From NCBI GenBank assembly GCA_016432465.1, contig CP066690.1:462823-526822 (forward strand): a stretch of DNA of 64,000 nucleotides, in the 5' to 3' direction. A program made the position numbers and the translations under genes. Shown here piece by piece: positions 28,562 to 38,199 of this stretch. This stretch comes from Candidatus Sungiibacteriota bacterium. GTDB lineage: Bacteria > Patescibacteriota > Minisyncoccia > Sungbacterales > HO2-52-23. Below the pieces are notes generated by a model that searched no databases, had not been told where the DNA came from, and saw only the letters and a program-made list of their open reading frames with translations. How positions within the stretch are numbered: the stretch's first letter is position 1; each line of letters begins with the position of its first letter.

Positions 28562-29053
28562 CTAAAGACCCCCTTTTACGCGGCCCCACTTGGAAACAAA
28601 AAGGTGGGTCAACGCTATGGCCGCCGCGTCAAAAACGTCATCAGCCGCCCCCGGGTCATCAATCCCACCCAAGGTAAGCCCCAACATTTTTTTTACCTGC
28701 AGCTTATCGGCTCTGCCGTCTCCGGTTACGCTCTTTTTAACCTCAAGCGGAGTATATTCATAGACCCTAAGTCCCGCAAGGGCGGTTGTCAACAGGATGG
28801 CGCCTCGGGACTCGGAGACTGTTAGGGCCGTTTTTTGATTTTTAGCAAAAAAAACCCGCTCCATGGCCGCTACGTCCGGCCCCCACGTCCTTATTAGTGT
28901 ATTAATTTCCCGGTGGAGTTCTAAAAGTCTTCCCTGCATTTCTCCGGGCCGCGTTTTTATAAGACCAGCAGAACAAAGTTTTATTTTTTTGTCGCACCCG
29001 AGCAGGGCGTAACCAACAGAAGCAATTCCGGGATCAATACCAAGTATGATCAT
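28562..29053 (-). CDS. ruvC: crossover junction endodeoxyribonuclease RuvC
   Basis: MIILGIDPGIASVGYALL catalytic-Asp start. The track ORF extends upstream to 29179, but the internal Met is preferred. Confidence 0.8.
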   Translation of the reverse strand: MIILGIDPGIASVGYALLGCDKKIKLCSAGLIKTRPGEMQGRLLELHREINTLIRTWGPDVAAMERVFFAKNQKTALTVSESRGAILLTTALAGLRVYEYTPLEVKKSVTGDGRADKLQVKKMLGLTLGGIDDPGAADDVFDAAAIALTHLFVSKWGRVKGGL

Positions 29054-29111
29054 GGCCGATATGATAGCGGGAGCAGAACGGTTCCTAATAATTCGGCGCT
29101 GGTATGGGCAA

Positions 29112-29849
29112 TTAGGGGCGTGTTCCCTCAAGGTTTGTGTGGATTTCCTGTATGTCCTCGTTATGCACCAGTGCCTCAAGGAGCGCCTCGCCCGACTCTT
29201 TTAAATTTTCCGGAAGCCGAATTGGAGAACGCGGTCTCCACCCGCCATAAGTATTTTTTATAATAATCTTTTTGTCTTCCAACGACCTTGTTACCTTTTC
29301 AAGATCAGCAGGATTGGTTTCTACAATCCAAGAGTTGTTGAGTTTTTTAAAATCGCGGGCGCCGGAATCTGCTATGGCAAGTTCTACTTCCTCCGGCAAC
29401 AGAGACTGGTGGTCGGGTCCGGCCGCCTCAATAGTTCCCACCCTTTCAAAACCCCAGCTTATACTGCCCGGTTCAGCCAGTTTGGCGCCGTGTTCTTCCA
29501 AAATATTTTTAATCTCCGCCAGCGATCTATTTTTATTATCGGTCGTGCCCTCAATGAGTATGTTCAAACCGCCCGGGGCAGCAGCCTCGTACAAAAATTC
29601 CTGAAGTTCTGCCCCACCCCCGCCGCCAGACGCGCGAGCGAGGGCGCGGGCAATGTTATCTTTAGGCAGACCGGCAGAGCGCGCATGTTCCAAAGCCGCG
29701 CGCAGTCGCGGATTTGATTCTGACGACGCGCCCCCGCCTTTTGCAGCCACGGTTATTTCCCGGATAAGCCGCGAGAATAATTGTCCTTTTTTAGCGTCGG
29801 TGGCCGCCTTTTTATGTTTTATTTGCGCCCACTTGGAATGACCAGCCAT
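29112..29849 (-). CDS. yebC: YebC/PmpR-family transcriptional regulator
   Basis: Begins MAGHSKWAQIKHKKAATDAKKGQLFSRLIREITVAAKGGG, the hallmark YebC N-terminus. Confidence 0.85.
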   Translation of the reverse strand: MAGHSKWAQIKHKKAATDAKKGQLFSRLIREITVAAKGGGASSESNPRLRAALEHARSAGLPKDNIARALARASGGGGGAELQEFLYEAAAPGGLNILIEGTTDNKNRSLAEIKNILEEHGAKLAEPGSISWGFERVGTIEAAGPDHQSLLPEEVELAIADSGARDFKKLNNSWIVETNPADLEKVTRSLEDKKIIIKNTYGGWRPRSPIRLPENLKESGEALLEALVHNEDIQEIHTNLEGTRP

Positions 29850-29851
29850 TT

Positions 29852-30373
29852 TTAAATTTGGGACCCTTGTTCTTGGCGGCGGCCGCGGGCATATTTTAAA
29901 ATAATGTCTTTGGCTTCGTAAAGAGCGGGTGCGTCCTTTATAGTAAATTCTCTCTCGCCGGCGGTCTGTATACGCAGTTTCCCAAATTTAAGAAAGGTTT
30001 CTATTAGGCCGCGTATCTCTATGGTGATGTCCTGCACGCTTGATAGGGGAATTTCTGAAATCTCACGGCTGAATAAGCCTCGCTGCTCTACGTCCACAAT
30101 ACGCTCCGTAGTTATAATCCACATGTCCAGATAGTGGTCCATCCAGAGAAGAAAAAGTAACAGCAATAACACCATGACGTAAATGGAAAGAAAGAAATTA
30201 GTGGAGGTTTCCACCAGTGTTGGGTCAAGACCGCCCGTGATCAGGGGGAGAAAAGTAAGGGCAACGGGCGCCAGCATAATAAGAATAATTATAACCAAAA
30301 CCTGCCTTGCTATTATAAACCAGTGTTTGTGTATTACCAGCACCACCTTTTCGTCCTCGTTGAGACGCAGCAT
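29852..30373 (-). CDS. membrane protein with a bacterial PH-like (YdbS/DUF304-like) domain
   Basis: 173 aa; N-terminal beta region then two TM helices. Confidence 0.4.
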   Translation of the reverse strand: MLRLNEDEKVVLVIHKHWFIIARQVLVIIILIMLAPVALTFLPLITGGLDPTLVETSTNFFLSIYVMVLLLLLFLLWMDHYLDMWIITTERIVDVEQRGLFSREISEIPLSSVQDITIEIRGLIETFLKFGKLRIQTAGEREFTIKDAPALYEAKDIILKYARGRRQEQGSQI

Positions 30374-30376
30374 AAG

Positions 30377-30571
30377 TTATCGCATTTTTATTAAAAAATA
30401 AAGCGCAAAGAGCCAAAAAAGGAGGGAGAGAGAAACAAAAACAGTACTTACGATTTTAGGATACGGGCGGCCCGGCAAGGTGTATTGTTTTAGGTGGTAA
30501 ATAATCGCGCTAGAAAAAAGACCGTACAGAAGAGAGAAGATAGTAAATAAAACCGCAGCCGCTACAAACAT
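30377..30571 (-). CDS. small two-TM membrane protein
   Basis: 64-aa hydrophobic ORF. Confidence 0.3.
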   Translation of the reverse strand: MFVAAAVLFTIFSLLYGLFSSAIIYHLKQYTLPGRPYPKIVSTVFVSLSLLFWLFALYFLIKMR

Positions 30572-30579
30572 AATATTGC

Positions 30580-31599
30580 CTAACTAATTAGTGGTTTTTG
30601 TCTATTGACCTTGAATCCCAGGTGTTGGTAGGCGCGTTCTGTGGCAAGCCGTCCCCTGGGGGTGCGCTCAAGAAAACCAAGCTGCATAAGATACGGTTCG
30701 TAGACCTCCTCCAGTGTGTCTTCCTCTTCCGAAGAAGCGGCGGCTATGGCCTGCAGACCCACCGGCCCCCCGCCGAACTTGGATATTACCACCTCAAGAA
30801 TTTTGCGATCCATGGGCTCAAGGCCCAGTTCGTCCACCTGCAAAAGTTCCATGGTTTTGCTGGCGGCGCCTTGACTAACAACGCCAGATCCGTGTACTTC
30901 GGCATAGTCGCGTACTCTTTTGAGTAAACGGTTGGCAACACGGGGAGTAAAACGGGAGGAACGCGCAATTATTTTTACCGCAGCAGGTTCCGTGGCTATT
31001 CCGAGGATCCGCGCCGAGCGTTCTATAATTTTTTCTATATCTTCGTTAGTATAAAAGTCAAGACGAAACGAACTCCCAAAACGAGAACGAAGCGGCGAGG
31101 AGAGAAGACCTATGCGGGTGGTGGCGGCAATCATTGTAAAGGGCGGAAGTTCTATTTGAATAATTCTCGCCGAAGGCCCCTTGCCTATTATGATATCAAG
31201 ATTGCGTGTTTCCATGGCCGGATACAGTACTTCCTCAACCAGTTTATTTAGGCGGTGTACCTCGTCAATAAACAAAACGTCACCCGGCGTAAGGTTGGTC
31301 AAGATAGAAGCGAGGTCGCCCACCCGCTCAACGGCAGGACCCGAAGTTACGCGGATATTGGTGTTCATTTCCCGCGCAATAAGATGGGCCAGACTTGTTT
31401 TTCCGAGGCCGGCCGGGCCGGATAGCAGCACGTGTTCTATTGGTTCCCCCCGCCTTTGGGCCGCATCAATGAGGATGCGCAGGTTTCTCTTGGTGTGTTC
31501 CTGCCCAATGTAATCGTTCCAGCGCTGCGGACGTAGGGCAAGGTCAAGCGAAACGTCCTCTTTTTCTTTGTGGGGGGCAGTGATGGGGCTGGTTGACAT
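30580..31599 (-). CDS. ruvB: Holliday junction branch-migration helicase RuvB
   Basis: Walker [19 protein letters not shown]; Walker [10 protein letters not shown]; sensor motifs. The track ORF is extended to 31713 across the promoter region; the internal Met (MSTSPITAP) is preferred. Confidence 0.85.
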   Translation of the reverse strand: MSTSPITAPHKEKEDVSLDLALRPQRWNDYIGQEHTKRNLRILIDAAQRRGEPIEHVLLSGPAGLGKTSLAHLIAREMNTNIRVTSGPAVERVGDLASILTNLTPGDVLFIDEVHRLNKLVEEVLYPAMETRNLDIIIGKGPSARIIQIELPPFTMIAATTRIGLLSSPLRSRFGSSFRLDFYTNEDIEKIIERSARILGIATEPAAVKIIARSSRFTPRVANRLLKRVRDYAEVHGSGVVSQGAASKTMELLQVDELGLEPMDRKILEVVISKFGGGPVGLQAIAAASSEEEDTLEEVYEPYLMQLGFLERTPRGRLATERAYQHLGFKVNRQKPLIS

Positions 31600-31701
31600 G
31601 ATGATTAATACTGGTATAATTATTAATGACGATTGACAAAAAAGTAAACTGTTTTTATAGTGCGACTGGGGGGGCGTGGCCCCTTTTTGGTTGTTATTTT
31701 T

Positions 31702-31831
31702 GGCCGTGGGCAATTAAGGTTTACATCCTTAAATGGGGATTTTTACACCAGGGCCAGCCGGTGTTAGCTCGCTGGTGCCTGGGAGAAATCCTAGCCTCCG
31801 TGTTCCCAAACCGGAGTAATTGCCCACGGCC
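31702..31831. repeat. 130-nt element bounded by perfect 15-bp inverted repeats (GGCCGTGGGCAATTA ... TAATTGCCCACGGCC); candidate structured small RNA or miniature repeat
   Basis: Terminal inverted repeat seen directly; an internal hairpin CCAGGGCCAGC...GCTGGTGCCTGG. Sits between the pilB stop and the ruvB promoter. Confidence 0.35.
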
Positions 31832-31850
31832 GAATATAGCAACCCCCAAT

Positions 31851-33515
31851 CTAGTCCGTTCCCACAACCCGTTCCAGCTCCTCAAAATCCGTGATCCCAG
31901 CCAGTACCTTCAGGAGGCCGTCTTGGCGCATGGTTATTTGATCTTGGCGCTCGGCCTCTTTTTTTATTTCAAATTCTGAAGGCTCTCTTAAAATAAGTCT
32001 TTCCACAACATCATTAATTAAAATAATTTCAAAAACCCCAATCCGGCCTTTATAACCGATGCCGCTGCAGTCGTCGCATCCTTTGGGGGTGACCTTGAAG
32101 ATTTTCCAATCCTTGGGCAGAGGAGCTTTTTTGGGGTAACGGCCGAGCTCCGCTTCTATTTTCTTTTTTTCCGCAACCCCCACGCTTACGGGAGTGCGGC
32201 AGCGGACACAAAGTTTTCTTAAAAGTCTCTGGGCCATGGTTATGTTTATGGCCGGCGCGATGATGGCAGGTTTTACTCCGAGATCAAGCAGTCTTGGAAT
32301 TGTGCCGGCGGCCGAGTTGGTGTGCAGCGTGGAAAAAACCAGATGTCCGGTCAGGGCCGCATGCATGGCCGTCTCCGCCGTTTCAAAATCTCTAATCTCA
32401 CCCACCAGTATCACGTCCGGGTCCTGTCTTACTATAGCCCTGAGGCCGTTAGCAAAATCGTAGCCATTCTCGGGGCTCACCTGTGTTTGTTCTACACCAA
32501 CGAGGTGGTACTCTATGGGGTCTTCTATGGTAATAATTTTCACACTCGGCGAATGGATTTTTTTTAAAAAAGCGTAAAGAGTTGTTGTTTTTCCAGAACC
32601 AGTGGGACCTGTGGTTAGAATCATGCCGTTTGGTTTTTTAAGCTCATCCGCCACAATCTCAATAATCCAGGATTGCATACCAAGCTCTTCAAATGGTACC
32701 TGTAGTGCTTTGGGGTTTAGAATCCGAAGGACGGTGTTTTCTCCGTGGGGTCCGGGAAGAACAGAGGTTCTAATTTCAATATCCGTAGAGTTGGTTTTAA
32801 CCGTAAAACGGCCGTCTTGTGCCCTATCGTGCACGTTCAGCTTTAGTTCGGAAATAAGCTTGATTCTGGAAAGGAGCAGATTGTAAACTTTGGGCGGCAG
32901 ACTGGCTACGTCGTGGAGCAGGCCGTCCAGACGGAAACGAAGACGCACCTTTTCTTTTTGCGGCTCTACATGTACGTCCGAGGCCTCCAGTCCCAGCGCC
33001 CCGGCAAGAATTATTTCCAGTACCTCGGTGGTGCGCCCGGCAAGCCCTTTTTCAATACGCAGTCCAACCCCCCCCAGAGTAGTAAGTTCTTTTTGAAGCT
33101 CAATTATTTTTTGGGGTGCTAACTGAACCGTGCCGGATGCCGCTTCGTACTCCACGGGTACTTTTTTATAAATCTCCCAGGCGCGGAGCAGACTTGATTT
33201 TGAGGCCAGATAAAGATTAAAGGTAAAATGATCTTCTTCCAGGCGCCGTAGGGCGGCCCTTGTCTCTTCTTTCTCCGGATTACGTACGGCAACATCAAGC
33301 CGTTTACCTGCTACCTGAAAAACCACAAGTTCGGCTCTGCGCGCCGTTTCCTCCGGAACTATTTTGATGGCGTCGGTCTCCACAGGAAAAGTGCCGAGAT
33401 CAACATAGGGTATTTTGTACTTTTGCGATAAAATTTTAACACTACTCTCTTCTTCTTTGCGTCGAAGGAGCTCAAGTTTTCTTTTCGGTTTTTCTTCCTC
33501 AAAGCGGGCTGTCAT
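31851..33515 (-). CDS. pilB: type IV pilus assembly / type II secretion ATPase PilB/GspE
   Basis: 554 aa; Walker A LTTGPTGSGKTTTLYAFL; Asp box; His box; C-terminal tetracysteine CVRC...CDDC. Confidence 0.85.
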   Translation of the reverse strand: MTARFEEEKPKRKLELLRRKEEESSVKILSQKYKIPYVDLGTFPVETDAIKIVPEETARRAELVVFQVAGKRLDVAVRNPEKEETRAALRRLEEDHFTFNLYLASKSSLLRAWEIYKKVPVEYEAASGTVQLAPQKIIELQKELTTLGGVGLRIEKGLAGRTTEVLEIILAGALGLEASDVHVEPQKEKVRLRFRLDGLLHDVASLPPKVYNLLLSRIKLISELKLNVHDRAQDGRFTVKTNSTDIEIRTSVLPGPHGENTVLRILNPKALQVPFEELGMQSWIIEIVADELKKPNGMILTTGPTGSGKTTTLYAFLKKIHSPSVKIITIEDPIEYHLVGVEQTQVSPENGYDFANGLRAIVRQDPDVILVGEIRDFETAETAMHAALTGHLVFSTLHTNSAAGTIPRLLDLGVKPAIIAPAINITMAQRLLRKLCVRCRTPVSVGVAEKKKIEAELGRYPKKAPLPKDWKIFKVTPKGCDDCSGIGYKGRIGVFEIILINDVVERLILREPSEFEIKKEAERQDQITMRQDGLLKVLAGITDFEELERVVGTD

Positions 33516-33533
33516 CTGTAATTTAATTGTAGG

Positions 33534-34679
33534 TTAGAGAATTTCTTTCAGCAACGAAGTGATATGCACCTCGGCTTCACGAAAGGAGGGGAAGACGCCA
33601 AAGATTTTTAGATACGGGCTTTGAAATTCGCCGCCTTCACGCGACCGTATTGCTTCCAGTACTCTCTGTTCACCGGCCACGGTTGCCTGAACCAGCCCGT
33701 CTTCCGGATTTTGCGAGAGCAATACGGTTGCGCTTTTTTGGGGAAAAGTTTTTTCTAGGTGTGCCAGCACCGAAGAAGTATCAGCCGGCGTGCGCCCGGT
33801 TTTTTCAAAATCCTCTTTTGTCACAAATGACCAGAGCACGTTTTCTTTCTCGCCGGTTTTGGTACGAACCGAAGCGCGGCCAAAAAGTTGAAGGAGACCC
33901 AGCGGTAGGTACGAGTTTACAAGCCCATATGCGGTTTGGTTTTCTCCACCCAGCCGCATAAGCTCCGATGCGGCGAGAAATGTATCGGCATTGGTTTGGG
34001 GCGAGGAAAAGCCGCCGCTTGCCGAAACAATACCAGCCAGAAGCAGGGTGGCGTGTTCTTTTTCCAACGCCGCTCCGGTCAGCAGAGACACCAACTCGTA
34101 GACAATCTCTGACAGCGAAGAGCGCTTGGCGTCAACCAAATTGATTTCACCAAAGTATTTATTATCGTCCGCGTTATCAATATTAATTATGGGGTGTTCG
34201 GTAAAAAATTCTGGAGGAAGTTCGGGTCGATCCCCCTCTACGTCCTTAAGTCCGAGGGTCAGGACCGAATCACAGAGAATATTTCCCGCGCGAAACGATA
34301 TCTGGTTTTTTTCTATAGGAAGGGAATTTGGAGAGAGTATGATTTCCACCCGATTATCGTGTTTTTCGTAGCGTAACTCCCCAAGAGAGATCTGGCTGGT
34401 ATCTAAAGAGACCACGAATTCCCTTAAGGGTTGGGGCGGAGTGCGGAGATACGGGAAAAGGTCGGCGTTGGGTATGGTCTCTGGTGTTAAACTTCCTGCA
34501 AAGCCTACTTTTTTATTGCGCTTGGCCAAAATAGAGGCCAGCACCTCGCTGGCAGCCAAACAGTCTAGGGTGGGGGATTCGGGCACAAGGAAAACTAAGT
34601 GCCCGCTTTTTTCTATTTGTTCAGTTGCTTTTTGTATGTCCATGACCCTATTCGTAGCTCCGTACGAGAATAACGTCAA
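33534..34679 (-). CDS. DHH/DHHA1-like phosphoesterase homologue (NrnA-like) with degenerate catalytic motifs
   Basis: 381 aa; N-terminus resembles NrnA (HLVFLVPESPTLDCLAASEVLASIL), but the DHH motif reads NIDNADDN and the GGGH motif reads GGFS. Confidence 0.4.
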   Translation of the reverse strand: MTLFSYGATNRVMDIQKATEQIEKSGHLVFLVPESPTLDCLAASEVLASILAKRNKKVGFAGSLTPETIPNADLFPYLRTPPQPLREFVVSLDTSQISLGELRYEKHDNRVEIILSPNSLPIEKNQISFRAGNILCDSVLTLGLKDVEGDRPELPPEFFTEHPIINIDNADDNKYFGEINLVDAKRSSLSEIVYELVSLLTGAALEKEHATLLLAGIVSASGGFSSPQTNADTFLAASELMRLGGENQTAYGLVNSYLPLGLLQLFGRASVRTKTGEKENVLWSFVTKEDFEKTGRTPADTSSVLAHLEKTFPQKSATVLLSQNPEDGLVQATVAGEQRVLEAIRSREGGEFQSPYLKIFGVFPSFREAEVHITSLLKEIL

Positions 34680-34705
34680 ACACCAACTTGTGGAAAACTA
34701 AACGC

Positions 34706-34734
34706 TTGACTTTTTATTCTTTTTGGTGTATTAT
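34706..34734 (+). promoter_or_regulatory. sigma70-like promoter (TTGACT-17-TATTAT) upstream of the lipoprotein gene
   Basis: -35 and -10 hexamers with a 17-nt spacer, and a strong SD AAAAGGAGGG before the ATG at 34770. Confidence 0.5.
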
Positions 34735-34769
34735 TATAGTATAAACTAGAACCTAAAAAGGAGGGTGAG

Positions 34770-35012
34770 ATGAAGCGAATCCGAACCCTGATCCTGCTTT
34801 TTGTGTTCGTCCTGCCGCTTCTGGCGGCATGTGCGACTTTCAGGGTGGTGTCGGAATCGGAAACCCCGCATCCCAGAGCGATTGCGGAGTGGTCGGTTCC
34901 CGGCGCCGCACTTTCGGTGGGTAGGGGCTTTGCCTCAACCCCCGGGGTGAGGGGCACCACCCAGGGGTTTGAGTTCAGCGGCGGGAAAGTCAGAGACGTT
35001 TACCGCCGCTAA
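34770..35012 (+). CDS. small lipoprotein
   Basis: 80 aa; signal peptide with lipobox LLAAC; strong SD. Confidence 0.55.
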   Translation: MKRIRTLILLFVFVLPLLAACATFRVVSESETPHPRAIAEWSVPGAALSVGRGFASTPGVRGTTQGFEFSGGKVRDVYRR

Positions 35013-35023
35013 AGGACGTCGTG

Positions 35024-35062
35024 GCCCGGAGCGCAATGCGCGCTTCCGGGCCGCTTTTTTAT
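35024..35062 (+). terminator. rho-independent terminator (GGCCCGGAGCGCAATGCGCGCTTCCGGGCC followed by TTTTTTATTT)
   Basis: Nested GC hairpin plus a T-run immediately after the lipoprotein stop. Confidence 0.6.
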
Positions 35063-35089
35063 TTGTTCAATATTAGTTACGCTGTAGAC

Positions 35090-35533
35090 ATGATTAGGGT
35101 GTCAAAAAGCCCTGCCCAAACTAAGAAAATTGCCCGTTTTGTTTTAGACAGAGTTAAAAAACAAGACATAGCAGGCCCAAGAGTTATGGCGCTTGAGGGC
35201 AATTTGGGCTCCGGAAAAACCACTTTTGTGCAGGGCCTGTCCTCCACGCTGGGCATAAAGGAGCGTATCTTAAGTCCCACTTTTGTTTTGATAAAAATTT
35301 ATCAGACCGCACACCGACGATTTAAACATTTAATCCATATTGACTGCTATCGTCTCCGCTCATCAAAAGATTTACTGCATCTTGGTTTTAAAGATTTACT
35401 TTGCGATCAGGACGCGATCATTGTTATTGAGTGGGCCGATAGAATTAAAAAATTAATTCCGCACGGCGCACTATGGATAAAATTTAAGCACGGGAAAAAT
35501 CCCGCGGAGAGGATTATTAAAATTAAAAAATGA
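35090..35533 (+). CDS. tsaE: tRNA threonylcarbamoyladenosine biosynthesis ATPase TsaE
   Basis: Walker A LEGNLGSGKTTFVQGL; about 150 aa. The track ORF start at 35021 overlaps the terminator; the Met at 35090 (MIRVSK) is preferred. Confidence 0.75.
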   Translation: MIRVSKSPAQTKKIARFVLDRVKKQDIAGPRVMALEGNLGSGKTTFVQGLSSTLGIKERILSPTFVLIKIYQTAHRRFKHLIHIDCYRLRSSKDLLHLGFKDLLCDQDAIIVIEWADRIKKLIPHGALWIKFKHGKNPAERIIKIKK

Positions 35534-38199
35534 AAAAATTAGTTTTAGTTGATGCCCACGCCGTGATCCATCGCGCCTATCACGCTCTGCCCCCGCTTAC
35601 CACGTCAAGCGGCGAGCCAACCAACGCCGTTTACGGATTTACCACTATTTTTTTGCGGATTTTGCGCGAACTAAAACCCGATTATATCGCGGCTGCTTTT
35701 GATTTGCCGGGACCCACCTTCCGGCACATTGCTTACGAGCGCTATAAGGCCCAGCGGCCGGAGACACCCGCGGAGCTTTCAAGTCAATTTGCAAAAGTAA
35801 GAGAGGTGCTGGAGGCCTTTGGCGTTCCCGTTTTTGAAAAAGAAGGATACGAGGCCGACGACGTTATAGGAACCATTGCCCGAAAATTTGAGAAAGACAG
35901 AAAAGTGGAAATTATTATAGTGACGGGCGATATGGACACCCTGCAGCTTGTTCGTACGCGAGTTAGGGTCTATGCGATGAAAAAAGGAATAACAGAGACC
36001 GTAACCTATGATGAAAAAGCAGTTGAGGAGCGCTATGGATTTAAACCCGAACAAGTAGTTGATTTTAAAGGCCTTAAGGGCGACCCCTCGGATAATATCC
36101 CCGGAGTAAAAGGAATCGGCGAGAAAACCGCCACCGAACTTATTAAAGAGTTCGGCTCCATAGACGGGGTTTATAAGGCGCTGAAGAAAGGAACAAAAAA
36201 AATTTCGCCAGCCATCGCAGAAAAACTGCGTCAAGGCAAGGAGGACGCCAGATTTTCGCTGGATCTCGCGACAATCAACACTAAAGTTCCCGTTAAATTC
36301 GGCTTGGAGGCAATGAAGTATCGTGAAAAAAAAGACGGAAAGGTTAGCGCCGTTTTCCAAAAATTGGGATTTTATAGTCTTCTCAAGCGCCTTAATGTTG
36401 AGGGCGCGCCAAAATCGGAGCAAGCCGCACTGCTTGTTGTTCCCGCCAGAACCCGCGCCATTGAGGAGTTGACGGGCGTAGCAGAGCTTGAACAAGTTTT
36501 TAAAAATGCGCCAAGAACCGGCTTGGTCCTTGAGAAGGAAGATCTTTTTCTAATCCCTGAAAAAGGAGGCAGGGTTTATAAGTTAGACCCGAAACTTTTA
36601 AAAGAAGACAAGGTTAAAAGATTTTTTGAGACGCAGCGCTTCTTTGTTCACAACGGCAAAGCGCTTATTCATTTTCTGCATAGATTCAACATAGAACCCG
36701 GTCCGGTTGAGTTTGATATAATGCTTGCCGCCTATTTAACGAGCCAATTTACGCGCGACTTCTCTTTTCTGGCCGTTGCCAGCCGCGAGCTGGGGCGGCT
36801 TGTTTCGCAAAATCCGCGGGACGAAATTTCTCACTTTTTTGAGATTGTTGAGTCGCTCAAATCAAAACTAAGCGAGGGAAAAATCAAAAAAGTTTTTGAG
36901 GAGATTGAGCTTCCGGCAGTGAGAGTTTTGGCGGATATGGAGGAGCGGGGGATACTTATTGATGCCGCTTTTTTAAAAAGGCTTGCCCAAGAAGTTGATA
37001 AAAAACTTGAGGACCTCACCGCGCTAATCTATAAACTTGCCGGTGGAAATTTTAATATAAATTCCTCCCAGCAGCTCTCCCGTATTCTTTTTGAAAAATT
37101 AAACATTAAAACCCACGGACTACGCAAAACCGAGAAAGGCGGAGTGATTTCCACCGGCGCCTCGGAGCTTGAAAAACTAAAAGGCGAACACCCGATTATT
37201 GTAAAAATTCTTGGCTATAGGGAGCTTATAAAACTGAAAACTACATATATAGATACACTGCCGCGGCTTGTAAACCCCAAAACCGGACGATTGCACACAA
37301 CCTATAATCAAACAGGAACTGCCACTGGACGTCTTTCTTCCTCCGACCCCAATCTCCAAAATATTCCTATTATGACAGAGCTGGGACGCGAAATTAGAAA
37401 AGCATTTGTTGCTCAAGACGAGTACGAGCTAGTCTCTTTTGACTACTCCCAAATTGAGCTTCGCGTGGCCGCGCATATTGCCAACGATAAAAAAATGATT
37501 GAGGCTTTTAAAAAAGGCATGGACATACATAAACTTACCGCCTCCGAGATTTATAATATTCCTTTGGAAAAAGTAACGCCGGATTTACGGCGCGCAGCCA
37601 AAACTCTTAATTTCGGGGTTCTTTATGGCATGGGGTCTCAAGCTTTTGCCGAGTCAATGGCTAGGTCCCCCGAAGGGGGCCGCCACCCCGGCCCAGCGGG
37701 CCTAGGGGCGGGGATGTCGCGCGAAGATGCCAAAAAATTTATTGATGAATATTTTCACGATTTTTCAGGGGTCAAAAAATATATTGAAGACACAAAAAGA
37801 TTTGTTGAAGAAAATGGATATGTGGAAACTATCTTTGGCCGCCGCCGCTATATTCCCGAGATTCACTCGCCCAACTGGCAATTGAGGCGCGAAGCGGAAC
37901 GCATGGCCATCAACATGCCCATACAGGGGTCCAGCACCGGCGATATTATCAAACTCGCGATGATTAAGGTTGATGAGTGGATTCGGAAAGCCGCCCCAGA
38001 GGGGCGGGAAAAACTAGAAAATGGTGTCCGTATGCTTTTGCAGGTTCATGACGAGCTTTTATTTGAAATCAAAAAAAGGCTTGTTCAAAAGGTCACGCCC
38101 CAAATAAGAAAAATTATGGAGGGTGCCGTTGAGTTAAAGGTGCCGCTCGTGGTGGATGCAAAAACGGGCAGGAATTGGGGCGAGCAGAAGAGTCTGTAA
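35530..38199 (+). CDS. polA: DNA polymerase I
   Basis: 889 aa; N-terminal 5-prime nuclease (YGFTTIFLRIL, GDPSDNIPGVKGIGEKTA); C-terminal polymerase motifs A (LVSFDYSQIELRVAAHIA), B (RRAAKTLNFGVLYGM) and C (LLQVHDELLFE). Confidence 0.9.
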   Translation: MKKLVLVDAHAVIHRAYHALPPLTTSSGEPTNAVYGFTTIFLRILRELKPDYIAAAFDLPGPTFRHIAYERYKAQRPETPAELSSQFAKVREVLEAFGVPVFEKEGYEADDVIGTIARKFEKDRKVEIIIVTGDMDTLQLVRTRVRVYAMKKGITETVTYDEKAVEERYGFKPEQVVDFKGLKGDPSDNIPGVKGIGEKTATELIKEFGSIDGVYKALKKGTKKISPAIAEKLRQGKEDARFSLDLATINTKVPVKFGLEAMKYREKKDGKVSAVFQKLGFYSLLKRLNVEGAPKSEQAALLVVPARTRAIEELTGVAELEQVFKNAPRTGLVLEKEDLFLIPEKGGRVYKLDPKLLKEDKVKRFFETQRFFVHNGKALIHFLHRFNIEPGPVEFDIMLAAYLTSQFTRDFSFLAVASRELGRLVSQNPRDEISHFFEIVESLKSKLSEGKIKKVFEEIELPAVRVLADMEERGILIDAAFLKRLAQEVDKKLEDLTALIYKLAGGNFNINSSQQLSRILFEKLNIKTHGLRKTEKGGVISTGASELEKLKGEHPIIVKILGYRELIKLKTTYIDTLPRLVNPKTGRLHTTYNQTGTATGRLSSSDPNLQNIPIMTELGREIRKAFVAQDEYELVSFDYSQIELRVAAHIANDKKMIEAFKKGMDIHKLTASEIYNIPLEKVTPDLRRAAKTLNFGVLYGMGSQAFAESMARSPEGGRHPGPAGLGAGMSREDAKKFIDEYFHDFSGVKKYIEDTKRFVEENGYVETIFGRRRYIPEIHSPNWQLRREAERMAINMPIQGSSTGDIIKLAMIKVDEWIRKAAPEGREKLENGVRMLLQVHDELLFEIKKRLVQKVTPQIRKIMEGAVELKVPLVVDAKTGRNWGEQKSL
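37660..37706 (+). repeat. roughly 48-bp GC-rich CCTAGG-bounded palindromic element apparently inserted in frame inside polA
   Basis: GCTAGGTCCCCCGAAGGGGGCCGCCACCCCGGCCCAGCGGGCCTAGG encodes RSPEGGRHPGPAGLG between polymerase motif B and the following helix, where canonical Pol I has no such insert; GC of about 78%. Confidence 0.45.

Noticed and set aside
31634-31690. TTGACA-17-TATAGT promoter immediately followed by the GGGGGGGCGTGGCCCC hairpin plus a T-run on the plus strand
   Set aside because: The transcript would be about 25 nt long. It is more likely a divergent ruvB promoter region with a chance or shared hairpin, and too uncertain to call as an sRNA.
31600-31713. N-terminal extensions of ruvB, and similarly of tsaE (35021), ruvC (29179), tyrS (27064), jag (20029) and the permease (62316), in the ORF track
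   Set aside because: The extensions run through promoters, terminators or upstream genes. Internal Met codons that give the canonical protein N-termini were preferred.
35779-36495. 238-aa minus-strand ORF inside polA
   Set aside because: It is antisense to the highly conserved PolA sequence and has a low-complexity F/L-rich translation.
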